From Octopus vulgaris (Eukaryota): a stretch of 64,000 bases of DNA. The stretch lies in the NCBI GenBank assembly GCA_951406725.2, contig OX597822.1:88660001-88724000 (forward strand). Direction: 5' to 3'. The notes beneath the pieces were generated by a model that worked only from the letters and a program-made list of their open reading frames with translations, was not told the origin of the DNA and ran no database searches. Made by a program: the position numbers and the translations under genes. Of the stretch, positions 39,701 through 52,058 are shown piece after piece (the first letter of the stretch is position 1; each line of letters starts with the position of its first letter).

Positions 39701-41656
39701 CAGCACTAGCATCTGTACTATGGAATTTATATCCTGCTTCATAGTGGCTAACCGGCTTCCGTGCCAGTGGCTCATAAAAGGGCACCATTCGAGTATTATC
39801 GTTACCAGCGTCGCCTTACTGGCACTTGTGCTAGGAGGGTGCCAAGAGCATCATCCGAGTGTGATCGTTGCCAGAGCAGCCAACTGGCTTTCGTACCTGT
39901 GGCACATAAAAGGGCACCATTCGAGCGTGATCATTACCAACGTCGCTTCACTGGCACATGTAAAAAGATTCGAGCGAGGTCATTGCCAGTACCGCCTGAC
40001 TGGCCCCTGTGCTGGTGGCACGTAAAAAAGCACGCACTACACTCTCAGAGTGGTTGGCATTAGGAAGTGCATTCAGCTGTAGAAACTCTGCCAGATCAAG
40101 ATTGGAGCCTGGTGCAGCCATCTGGTTCGCCAGCCCTCAGTCAAAATCATCCAACCCATGCTAGCATGGAAAGCGGACGTTAAACGATGATGATGATCTT
40201 TAAGGCAGTTGAGCTCATGTAAAAATGTAGTAAGTGAAACCAAATCTATTCATATCTTCCACTATATGCTCATCAGACTGAGTTCTGAAATTTAATGTTT
40301 GTATACAGTAAAAGTCCTTGTTGCACACAATTGTTCAGCATTCTAAAAGTCTGTAAAATAAATTGTTTTATTAGAACATAACAAGAAATTATTGCCTTCT
40401 GATTCTTTCTGCACACAGTTGACTTTCTTCATTATGACATTCGTGAAGGAAACTAATGCTTGTAACAACTTTTGCATATTGATTTACAAGGTGTTTAATA
40501 ACTTCCTGTACTGTGTCATATTACTGACTATCACATGTTTTGCTACAAAATGATAACACCCGCTCATATTTTCTTTCTCTATTTGTTTCTCATAACAATT
40601 TTTATATCATGGTGTTGGGTAAATAATTTAATGAAGGGCGGCTGGCGGGGTGGGGAGAATATTCATACGACATAATAACCATTACTCTTATACGAGGCTC
40701 AACACTATACCAAATGCTCACAATCAATTGCTGCTGTCAACTCAGCATTTCTTTATTTTACTGAAATGTGTCAGTTCACTTTTGATCACATGGGGGTGGT
40801 TGGAATCCTTCCTCAACACAATTCTACTTAAAACAACAGTTTTAGGATTGTCATCTACCTAACAGATTTCTGAAGCATAATGCTGTAGTATGATTGAGAA
40901 CCAAATGGTTTTTAATTCAATCCCACTGCAGGGAACTCAGGGCACCCCAGGCCAACCAAAGACTTGTAAGTAGACTTGTTTGATTGAAACTAGAGAAAGC
41001 TTATCATGTGTATATGCATGTGTATGTGGGTGTACATGTATATGTACATGTATATATGTATATATGTACACATGTATATATGCATGTGTATGTGGGTGTA
41101 CATGTAAATATGCACCCTCTTCTTAACATTACATGACACAAAGATGCATCACTCTCATACAAGTGATGTTGTTTGTTTCCAGTCCTCTATAAAAAAACAT
41201 GTCTCCTCATGGGAAATATTACCTTATTTAGAAACTTGTGAGGGTTGGTGACAGAAAGGGCTTTCAACCATAGAAAAATTACCTCAGGAAATCCCATCCA
41301 ATCCTTCCAAGCATGAAAAGTGGACATTTAAAACAATGATGATGGAAAAAGAAAGAAATAGAATTTAAGTTGATAAAAAACTTTATAGAAAATCAAAATC
41401 AGCATTGATACAATTCAAGCTCAAAGTTCAGACCACCAATGTTTTTGGTTTTTAATTTTTTTTTAACTCTTCTATCTACAATCCAGCTGATAGAATTTCC
41501 ACAAAGCTCTGCCATTTTGTTGAAGATTCATATAGATCATGGTAATGATGAGGCTTCTAAATTTAGTTAATTAAGAAAGTTTCTGTTTTTAAGTCAACTG
41601 AAAAATATCTCTATTACTTTCCAGTTAATTCTTTGTTTCATATTTCTTTGTTCCAG

Positions 41657-41724
41657 GTATTGCTGTTTTTTCAATGAACCGACCCAAAGCTAAAAATTCC
41701 TTCAGTAAAAGTATGATTAATGAG
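41657..41724 (+). CDS. AUH: AUH exon 2
   Basis: GIAVFSMNRPKAKNSFSKSMINE; ttccAG acceptor and GTAAAT donor. Confidence 0.93.
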
Positions 41725-42213
41725 GTAAATTTTCCATCTGTTATCCAGATCCATTAAAACAGCTTTGCTCTTTAGAAATATCTTGTTTTTCCTACCTGAC
41801 AGTTATCCTTGATCCAAATGCTGGATCAATTGTGTTTCCTACTACATTGCTAATTAGCCAAATGTAGAGTAAAAATTTCTAAAAAATCAACAAGTAAAAC
41901 TGTCACAAGAAGAATAATACAACTCATTCAGAAATTACTTGATGGTGGTTGTAGTAAGGTTTGAACTCAATATTTGTTTGATCTGTAGTTCATCATCTTA
42001 TGATCACACAGCCATTTTGTAATGTTTGTGCATTTGAGAAGTGGTTACATTTAGTATTCTTTTACACAACCAGCTACATCCAGAGCATGAACCTTTCATT
42101 TTTGTTCTAAGACTTTAATGATCAACTTACTAAACAAATTGTAAGAGGTCAATAAAAACTGTTAATTGTGTAATCAAAGTTATCTATAGAAGGAGTTTCA
42201 ATTTGTTTTACAG

Positions 42214-42301
42214 TTAACCACTGCCATAGAAACTGTGAAATTTGACAAGTCTATCAGAACATTAATCATTCGCAGCAGTGTTCCAGGGATCTTTTGTGCA
42301 G
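42214..42301 (+). CDS. AUH: AUH exon 3
   Basis: [29 protein letters not shown](G); ttacAG acceptor and GTAATT donor. Confidence 0.95.
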
Positions 42302-43689
42302 GTAATTCTTCAGTTGCTATTCATTGAAATCTTTTATTTTTAGATGCTGTAGTATTGTATTGTGAAAGGTATTACTCTACATATCATTGTATTTACTCTT
42401 AATCTGTTTTCCATCTCATAGATCCTCTACTAAACACTTTATTCAGTCACTTTACCTCGAAAGATTAATATACCTTATAGGCAGTAGTGGGCATGGTTCC
42501 ACTAATCTGCTAACAGCTAATTAGCGAAGCTAACTTTTCGTTTAGCGTGTTCACTAACTGTGGAAACTGTTAGTGGACCAATTAGCTTCCGCTAAATTTA
42601 GTTCTGCTAACTATAAGTCCACTAACAAAATTCATATGTTTGTTCCTGTCTGTAAAAAATCCCAGTAAAAAATGCATCCAAGTATTCCCCTGTCATGCCT
42701 TCTCCACAACTCATCTTCTTACCACCCAGCTTACCATCACTCTTCTAACTATAGTGCTATTCACTCAGCTGCTGTAATTATATGAGAGCTAAACTACGCA
42801 TCCCCTTTTTGTGCTACCAGTAATCCCCCTCCTTGGAACCACTTCCCTTGCCACCCATCCCACATTCTTGAATATCTTTCCTTGCCACTATACTTTCTCT
42901 GAATTACTCTCATATCTGCCATCAACATCCAATCCACCTTTGTTTGTCATTCACCATATCCACAACTACATCCTTTTGACTTCCCCCTCTCAGACAACCC
43001 CACCCTTCACAACATCTCCTCACTTTGCATCTATTTACAGTTTTATTATACTGTTGCTCTCCACCAACCCCATATAATTACTGCCACTTAACACCCCTCC
43101 AAGCTAGCACTCACCATTGACTATGTCTCCACTCATGTTCTACATTCACTACATTCACTTTTATCCCCATCCTCATATCTCTGTCCCTGTTCTCTCTTAT
43201 ATCCACCTCTCCTTGTTTCCCTGTTCTCTCTTATATTCACCTCTCCCTGTTTTCTATTATATCCACCTGTCCCTATTCTATCTTATATTCACTTCTTGTA
43301 CCCTGAAAGTATATCCTGACTCCTCATCCCCTCTATTTTTTATCCTCTTTCCAGCTGGGGTAGCCATGTATATCCTCTACATGACACCAGTTCCTGTCCG
43401 TCTATAATTCTTTAGCCTTTCGTCATCTGGCTACAGCCCCACTCCGTTGAGGGTTTTTGTCTTGTGAGTTACTTAGTGACCTCACTAGTGCCCTGTACAC
43501 TCTGTTAATTAGTTATGGAAACCATGCCATAGCAGACATTGGATAATGTTTTGCTTGTCAAATCCTGTCAAGCTGTCCAATCCATACCAGCCTGGAAGAT
43601 AGACATTTGATGATGATGATGGTGATGGTGATGGTGATGATGGTGGTGGTGGTGGTGGTGATGATGATTCTTACATTTATCCCATTTAG

Positions 43690-43869
43690 GAGCTGATCTT
43701 AAAGAGCGAGCAACAATGCGCCCTGAAGAAGTTGGTCCATTTGTGTCAAAACTACGTGGAATGGTGTCTGAAATTCATAATCTTCCGATGCCAACAATTG
43801 CTGCAATTGATGGCCCAGCTCTTGGAGGAGGTCTTGAACTAGCTTTAGCCTGTGATATGCGGACTGCAG
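43690..43869 (+). CDS. AUH: AUH exon 4
   Basis: [59 protein letters not shown]; tttAG acceptor and GTAAAT donor. Confidence 0.97.
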
Positions 43870-44846
43870 GTAAATAGATTTTATTATACTATGTTGTTGT
43901 TACTATCAAAGTAATAAGAATAAGGTATTTAATTTTTTAACAATATTAATGCAACCATGTGGTTTCAAGTTCAGTCCTATCATATGGCACCTCGGAGTTC
44001 TACTATAGTCTTAGGCTAACCAAAGTCTTGTGAGTGAATTTGATGGGCAGAAATTGAATGTTATTTTGTCTTGGCATTATAGATGTAAATGAGCATCACT
44101 GGAGTCTTCATTTCCAATCCTCTCTCAAAATATATGTCTGGTCATAAGGAAATATTACCTTACTTGAAAACAGATGAGGGTTGTTGAAAGGAAGTATCCA
44201 GTAAGAAAATTTGCCTCAACGAATTCCATCCAACTCATGCTAGCATGGAAAAGTGGGTATTAAAACAATGATGATTAAAAAATGTTTTGTTGTATAAGTT
44301 ATGCACATTTTTCTTCTGACATATTAAACCACAAAACAGAGACGACTTTTTAGTCCTGGCAGATAACCTTTTAAATGTCCTTGCTGGAAAAGCGGCCTGG
44401 CAATAAAAAGGATATTCAAACATGTTGATGATGATGTTGACAATTTGTCATTTATATTCTAGTAAGGATGATAATTTAATATCAATATCGATTATAAATT
44501 ATTTTTTTAAATAATTAAATTAACGTTTGATTATAATACTTCAAAAAAGAAAGACACTTCTTATTTCTTCTAAGTTCTGTTTCCATCGTGTGTAGTCATG
44601 AACCAATTTCACTTTTTAGTGAAAAAATTTCATTCCAGCGATAAGAAAATGTTCTTAGGAAAGACAAAGATATCACAAAACCAGTTTCTTCTGTCCGTGT
44701 TTTAAATAAAAATGATACAGCAGTCAGTACTGCAGCGACCTTTAACTTAAGTAAGTAGATCTCGTTAAAGGGAAGAAACTGAGACTATCTTTGTTGCATG
44801 GCTCCAACGATTGATTAATCCTTATCTTCTCTTGCCTTCTTTTCAG

Positions 44847-44903
44847 CCTCTTCCGCTAAGATGGGTCTTGTAGAAACAAGGTTGGCTATCATACCTGGTG
44901 GAG
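44847..44903 (+). CDS. AUH: AUH exon 5
   Basis: (A)SSAKMGLVETRLAIIPGG(G); ttttcAG acceptor and GTTTGT donor. Confidence 0.96.
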
Positions 44904-45163
44904 GTTTGTGAAATTGTGTCTTTTCTTAAATGTTGATATCAATGTTTGTTTGAAAGATACCTTAAAAACATTTAGATGAAATATTATGGACTTATTGCCT
45001 TGAGAAAAGATAATGCAGCTTAATGTAATGTATAAAGTCATTTAGAATGCAATGTCTGATTTTGAAATGAAAGTTTATTTTACTTTATCTCAACAAAAAG
45101 CAGTACAGTTAATCAAAGTATGCACCTAAATTATCAACAAAATTTTGCCATTTTATCAGTAAG

Positions 45164-45321
45164 AAATTATATCATGGTCTTTATTATTATTATTGGAATC
45201 ATTATTTAATTTATTTTTGTAGAATTTATTCAATTTAAATTTATTAAATGTAGAAATAAAAATAAAAGATTAAATTTAATTCAATTAATGATGATAATAA
45301 ATTTAATAATATTACAAAGAA

Positions 45322-45353
<32 letters not shown>

Positions 45354-45602
45354 TAAAAAATAAGAATAAAATATGGTTAATTGTTCCTTTTGAGGCTCAG
45401 GTATAATTGAAATGTTCATTAGGGATAATAAAAAATATTATAACATTTTTTCTAGTAATAATTTTGGAGTTGGTTATTCTATTACTAATATTGTTGGTAA
45501 TATTATTTCTTCATTTAATTAATAAATTTAAATTGAATAAGTTTTGAAAAAATAAATTAAATAATGATTTCAATAATAATAATAAAGACCATGATATAAT
45601 TT
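45164..45602. repeat. AT-rich inverted repeat (foldback/MITE-like)
   Basis: aaattatatcatggtctttattattattattggaatc... (45164-~45255) is the reverse complement of ...gatttcaataataataataaagaccatgatataattt (~45505-45602). Confidence 0.75.
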
Positions 45603-45689
45603 ATTGTACATGTAGAGATAAGACTACATGTAGATTTAATAATAAATATAATTTGGATAATGTAGTTTATAAATGTATAGTAACTTTAA

Positions 45690-45984
45690 TCTTTATATAT
45701 AAAATTCAAGTTGTGTGTGTGAGACTCTGTCTCTTCCGATTTAGATTCCTAACTACTCCCACATTTTGCGGTGCAGTTTAACCAGAAGCAGATATCTTAT
45801 AGTCGTCATTCATATCGAGCCCTTCTGGGTATTAGCATGAGTCTACGATTTTAAAAAAATTTACCATCATTTTTCTGCATTCTTAATGATTTTTGCTTGG
45901 GTTATATAAGGGAAGTAGCTCTCTAAAAATGCTTATATAGTTATTTCCCTTACAAACCCGAGCAACGCCAGGCGATACTGCTAG
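45690..45984 (+). mobile_element. Short non-autonomous Helitron
   Basis: 5' A|TCTTTATATATAAAA; a GC-rich subterminal hairpin remnant cccgagcaacgccaggcg followed by CTAG|T; inserted between A and T with no target duplication. Confidence 0.7.
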
Positions 45985-47368
45985 TTGATAATAATATGAA
46001 TGATTATAATTTAAAAGCTATCGAATAAAATTAAATTAAGGGTAGCTCAACACCTGTATTCTTTTAGGAATAGAAATCTAATTAATTCTACAGGCCTCAG
46101 TAAATATATTTCAGAACTGAAATTTCAATGTATTAAATATAAATTAACTTACGATGGAATTTGTAAGGCAAAATCTTATCGTATAGGTAGTAATTCTTGT
46201 TTATTGTGTACTAATGAATTTAAAGAAATTTTATTTAGCAATAATTATGTATTGGTTAATTTCCTAGATGAGCGTAAAATTAAATGCAAGCATAAATTAC
46301 ATTACTTATTTAATAAGTTTAGCTAATTTTTCCGTATATATAAAACCCTATTTTATGTTACTAATTTATTGTAGATATAATTTAAAGTAATATTAGTGTA
46401 TTAATTAGCATATTATATGTTATATTACATTATTTGAATACTTTTAAACTTGGATATTTCTTAATAATTAAATGAATACATAAATTAATGAAGATCTATT
46501 AATATAATAATATAAATTAATTTAACTATATTATGTATATTTTACATATCATAATTTTAATTATTTGGACTTTAAATTTTCCAGTAAATAGTAATTTATA
46601 GTTTTGTTGTTCTCTTATTCTCTGATTTGAGAAGCTTAAATGTATTTCATCATTTTCATTAATATAATACATATTTCTATACATTTATTCTATTTTTTTA
46701 CGCAACATCTTCACGAGTTAAATTTCTTATAAATGCTAAAGCCTACATTTTTATGTATAAAATTCAGTTAAAAATTTTTCTTTGATAAGATAAGTAATGA
46801 ATTTTTATAACAATAGTATTGAATTTTGAATTGACTTTTGTTTGATTATTATTGTAAAAATATTAATTTCTATATTGTTATTTGATAATTATTAGTTACG
46901 ATACATATATTTTATTTACTTATCATTTTTATTATTGTTATTATCTTGTGAATTAACGTATTACATATAATTTACATTGTGAAATAGTTTTGTAAGTTAA
47001 AATCTTATCTAATAGGTAGGAATTTTATTTGTTATGTAATATTGCATTTAAGTAAATACTTTTAATAATAATTGAAACTTTGGTTAATTCTATAAGTGGG
47101 TGTAATATTAAATCTATATATAAATTAATTATATAATAAGTTTAACTAATTTGTGTGTATATATTTGAACCATCTTTCTATTTTTAATTCTTGTAGTCAT
47201 AGTTTGTAGTAGTATTATGTATATAAGTTAGCATGAAGTTTTTTAGCATATGTTACTTAATTAGAATAAGATTTAACTTAGATATTTATTAAATAAATAA
47301 ATAAATACTTTAATGTATATAGATTAAATTATAGTATTTTAGCTTCACTTAATGTATATTATGTATTT

Positions 47369-47427
<59 letters not shown>

Positions 47428-47556
47428 TTAATTACTTGTATTTGAATTTCCCAGTAATGATATACTATAGTTTGTTATTTTTTTCTTCTATAAGCTAAAA
47501 TATATTTTCATAGATAAAATAAATATTTATATGTTTATTCTAGTTTTATTTATACC

Positions 47557-47782
47557 ATGGCGAAGACGTTAGCACGCCAGGCGAAATGCATAGCCGTATT
47601 TCGTCTGCCGTTACATTCTGAGTTCAAATTCTGCTGAGGTCAACTTTGCCTTTCATCCTTTCAGGCTTGATTAAATAAGTACCAGTTACACACTGGGGGT
47701 CGATATGATCGACTTAATCCGTGTGTCTGTCCTTGTTTGTCCTCTCTGTGTTTAGCCCCTTGTGGGTAGTAAAGAAATAGAA
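47557..47782 (+). mobile_element. SINE copy of a third family, ending ~40 bp upstream of AUH exon 6
   Basis: B-box-like gagttcaaattc and a central ctttgcctttcatcctttc...aaataagtacc domain. Degraded relatives lie near 16740 and 20440. Confidence 0.65.
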
Positions 47783-47824
47783 ATAATTAAATAAATGCTT
47801 ATTACTTAAAATATATTTCTTCAG

Positions 47825-48012
47825 GTGGTACTCAGAGGTTGGCTCGAGTTGTTGGACCATCACTTGCTAAAGAATTGATTTTCTCATCTCGTGTTCTTGA
47901 TGGCAATCAAGCCGCTGCAATTGGTTTGGTAAATCATGCTGTTGAACAAAATGATGCCGGAGATGCTGCTTATCTGAGAGCTGAAGAACTTGGTCGAGAA
48001 ATTGCTATGCAG
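47825..48012 (+). CDS. AUH: AUH exon 6
   Basis: [62 protein letters not shown]; cttcAG acceptor and GTTTGT donor. Confidence 0.97.
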
Positions 48013-49729
48013 GTTTGTACAGTTTTCTTATAAAATATTTGATCATTTTCCTTTTTGTTAAATATTTTAACATTTCTTTAGTTCTAACTTTGAAAATAAA
48101 TTTAGTGCGAGTAATGAAGCTAATTTAGTTGTAATCATCATCATCATTCTTGTTTTAATGTTCACTTTCCCATGGGTTGGTCAGAATTTATTGAATCAGA
48201 ATTTCTCTGACTGGATGCCCTTCCTGTCATCAACCCTCACTTGTTTCCAATCAAGTTAACATTTCCCCATGACCAGATATGTTTTTGTAAAATATTGAAA
48301 CAACACTGCTTGTATGACAGTCACACTCACTACTATTGCACAATGTCAAAACAAAGCGATACAAAAACTCACACACACAAAGAACTTCTTTCAGCTTTTG
48401 GCTATCAAATCCAGTCACAAGGCATTGGTTGTTCCAGGGCTATAGCAGAAGACACCTGTCCAAGGTGCCAGGCAGTGCAACTGAACTTGAAACCATGTAA
48501 TTGAGGAATAAATTTCCCAACCACACAGCTACACCTGCACCTGTGTAACTGATAGTAATATGTAAAATGAAGAAATTTGGTTAAATTTCTATTGAAGCAT
48601 CACATTTCAGTTTGTTCCTTTGAAATTTATTATCTTTAGTGAAGAGACTGTAATCCTCATTGAAAACCAATTAAGTGATTTTTGATTAGAACACTGTGTA
48701 AAATTAGAAAGACTTTAGTTAGGAAAAGAAGAAGCTGCCTACCACTCAAGAATATGAAAGCTTCCAAGCACTGTAAATGGTGGAAACTGCCTTGCACTAT
48801 ATGGTGTTAAGTACCTGATTTATCAGCCCCTATATAAATTCCAGCCTCTATATGAATATGGAATTTATCATCATCATCATCATCATCATATCCATTTTCT
48901 ATGTTGGCATGAGCTGGATGGTTTGACAGGATCCAGTGAGCTGCAAGACTGCATCAAGTTCCAACATGAATTTTGGCTTGATTTCTATGGCTAGATGCCC
49001 ACCACTTTACATTGTGTTCTTACTGCTTTTTGTCATGCCACAGGCATTACTGAGGTTGGCAGCAAGTTACTTGTCAAACAAGAAAAGAAAAATAAAAGGC
49101 CCCCTCAACTGAGTGGGCAATGTATTTGAGAGTAGGAGGAGATGGATTTATGCCAAATGTTGAACGGCTAAAGTATGATAGAGGGACAAGCATATGTGTC
49201 TTGCTGTAGAGGAGATATGTAGCAAACCCACATTTTATAAAGGCACCTTGTACTTCTTATGTGGTGCCAACATGGGTGCTCTTTACATGGTGCCAGTATG
49301 GGTGCATTTTAAATAAGTATGTGGTAAGAAGCTTACCTCCCAAACACATGGTTCTGGGTTCAGTCCAACTGCATGGCACCTTGGGCAAGTATCTTCTACT
49401 GTAGCTTCAAGCTGACCAAATCCTTGTTAGTGGATTTGGTAGACGAAAACTGAAAGAAGCCTATCGTATATATCATCATCATCATTTAACATCTCTTTTC
49501 CATGCCGGCATGGGTTGGACAGTTTGACTGAAAACTGGTAAGCTGGGGAGTTGCACCAGATTCCAATTTGATTTGGCGTGGTTTCTATGGCTGGATGCCC
49601 TTTCTAATGCCAACTACTCTAAGAGTGTAGTGGGTTCTTCTTATGTGCCACCAGCACATGTGACACTGGCATCGGCCATGACTATTTCACCTGGCTTGAT
49701 GGGTCTTCTTAAACATGGCATATTGCCAA

Positions 49730-50525
49730 TGGTCTTGGTTACTTGTCATTGCCTCTGTGAAGCCCAGCACTTGAAGATCGTGCTTCACCACCTCGTTCCA
49801 TGTCTTCCTGGGTCTACCTCTTCCACAGGTTCCCTCCACCATTAGATTACAGCCCTTCTTCACACAGCTGTCCTCGTCCATACACATCACATGACCATAC
49901 CAGTGCAGTCATGTCTCTTGCACCACATCTGATGCCTCTTATGCATAACTTTTCTCTCAAGACACTTACACTCTGTCATGCATGCACACTGACATTGCAC
50001 ATCCAACAAAGCATACAAGCTTCATTTCCTTCAAGCCTACGCATTTCCTCAGCAGTTGCAGCCCATGTTTCACTGCTGTGTAGCATGGCTGTTCACAGTC
50101 ATCATACAATCTGCCTTTCACTCTGAGTGAGAGGTCCTTTGTTACCAACAGAGGTAGGAGCTCTCTGAACTTTGCCTAGCATATTTTTATTCTAGCAGCT
50201 ATGCTCTCAGAGCATCCACTGCTGCTTGATCACCTAGGTAACAGAAGCTATCAACTACTTATAGTTTTCCCCGCTGGCATTTGATGGAGTCTTTTTTCTG
50301 TACATTTTTAGTGTTAACTGCACTAGTGCACCTTCCACACACAAAAACTATTTTCCCTGTTAACTTTCCTCTGATATTGCTGCACCTCTAATGTGTCCAA
50401 AGCTTGCCCCAGGTACATCTTATGGAGTTTCTATGCTTTTTCTACAGATCAAGCAGAGACATCTAACTGAAGGGATTTGTGATTTGTCTGCTCTCCTACT
50501 TACTAAGACTTTGGTATTTGCTAGA
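49730..50525 (-). mobile_element. RTE-clade LINE 3' part, degraded
   Basis: Minus frames give VEGTCGRGRPRKTWNEVVKHDL, TKDLSLRVKGRLY and VDSFCYLGD, typical of the RTE RT C-terminus. Confidence 0.8.
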
Positions 50526-51088
50526 TTATATGTATATATCTATATTTATGTGTGTGTGTGTGTCTTTGTGTCTGTCTATATATATATATATATATGTATA
50601 TGTATGTGTATGTATGTGTCTGTGTTTGCCTCCCCCCCTCATCGCTTGACAACTGATGTTGGTGTGTTTACGTCCCTGTAACTTAGTGATTCACCAAAAG
50701 AGAATAAGTACCAGGCTTACACAGAATAGGTCCTGGTGTTGATTTGTTCAGCCAGAGGTGGTGCTCCAGCATGGCTGCAGTCAAATGACTGAAACAAGTA
50801 AAAGTATTAAAGAATACATTTGATTCTTTACATATTTGTATATTTAAATGGAAGGTGAAGGTATTTGTTTAAATTAATTTTGAAAATAATGAAGAATTTA
50901 GTGAAATAACTTTGTTCTTATAAAGCTGGTGTTTAGAATATAAACCAGCATGGAATTTTGCAGTTTTAGGCAAGTTGATATCAAAAGGATTAACTGAAAG
51001 AAAATCTACTTAGATGTAACTTCTGAATATTACTTCTATATTTTTATGTTAGTGTATCATCATCATCATTTAACGTCCGTTTTCCGTG

Positions 51089-51124
<36 letters not shown>

Positions 51125-51907
51125 TCATCATCATCATCGTTTAACGTCCGTTCTCCATGCTAGCATGGGTTGGACGGTTCAACCGGGGATCTGGGAAGCC
51201 AGAAGGCTGCACCAGGCTCCGGTCTTATCTGGCAATGTTTCTACAGCTGGATGCCCATACACATACACACACACACGTACCATTTGAGTGAGGTCATTGG
51301 CAGTGCCACTGGACTGCTTCCTGTGCAGGTGGCATGTAAAAAACACCATTTGAGCGTGGCCGTTGCCAGTACTGCCTGACTGGCACGTAAAAGCACCCAC
51401 TACACTCTTGGAGTGGTTGGCGTTAGGAAGGGCATCCAGCTGTAGAAATTCTGCCAGATTAGATTGGAGCCCGGTGCAACCATTTGGTTCACCAGTCCTC
51501 AGTCAAATCGTCCAACCCATGCTAGCATGGAAAGCGGACATTAAATGATGATGTAGGTAGGAGGTATCTTAAAGCTCTTCCAATACAACATGGCTCTGAT
51601 ATTTGTAATTCAAAGGAGTGACCTGTGCTGTTTATTTGATCAAACCATGTCTAATTAGAATTAATCGTTTAGAAGTTAAAATATGCATTGGCCAGTGTTG
51701 AGTTCACAACATCTCTTACATTATGGTTAACACATTATGAAAATGGAAGACCAATGATGATGATGATGATGAATAGAATTAAGTATTCTATTTGTTGTCT
51801 TCACTATCATTTCTTTTTGCAGTCATCACCATCACTTTCATGATCATCAAAAAAAAACCTGTTGATTTCTGATGTATCTGCTTTCACCTATTCTTGTCTC
51901 TTTACAG

Positions 51908-51958
51908 GGTCCATTTGCATTAAGAATGGCTAAACTAGCTATAAACAATGGCGTTGAG
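51908..51958 (+). CDS. AUH: AUH exon 7
   Basis: GPFALRMAKLAINNGVE; ttacAG acceptor and GTAAGA donor. Confidence 0.95.
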
Positions 51959-52058
51959 GTAAGATTAAGCTTGTTTCTAAAAGTGATCAAAAAATTTCAA
52001 TACTGCCAGCATTACTAGTGCTACTGCTGCAACTATTTTGCTAAGCTATAGTCAATCA

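Noticed and set aside
42482-42630. CAGTAGTGGG start followed by repeated gctaa/ttagc motifs
   Set aside because: Probably one terminus of a hAT-like element, but no matching second end was found.
42700-43400. C/T-rich low-complexity ORFs, and the GA-rich tract near 62520-62810
   Set aside because: Compositional bias with short degenerate repeats and no protein features.
36773-48018. Three AUH introns share the donor GTTTGT
   Set aside because: All are ordinary GT-AG introns preceded by exonic AG; no U12-type signature is present.
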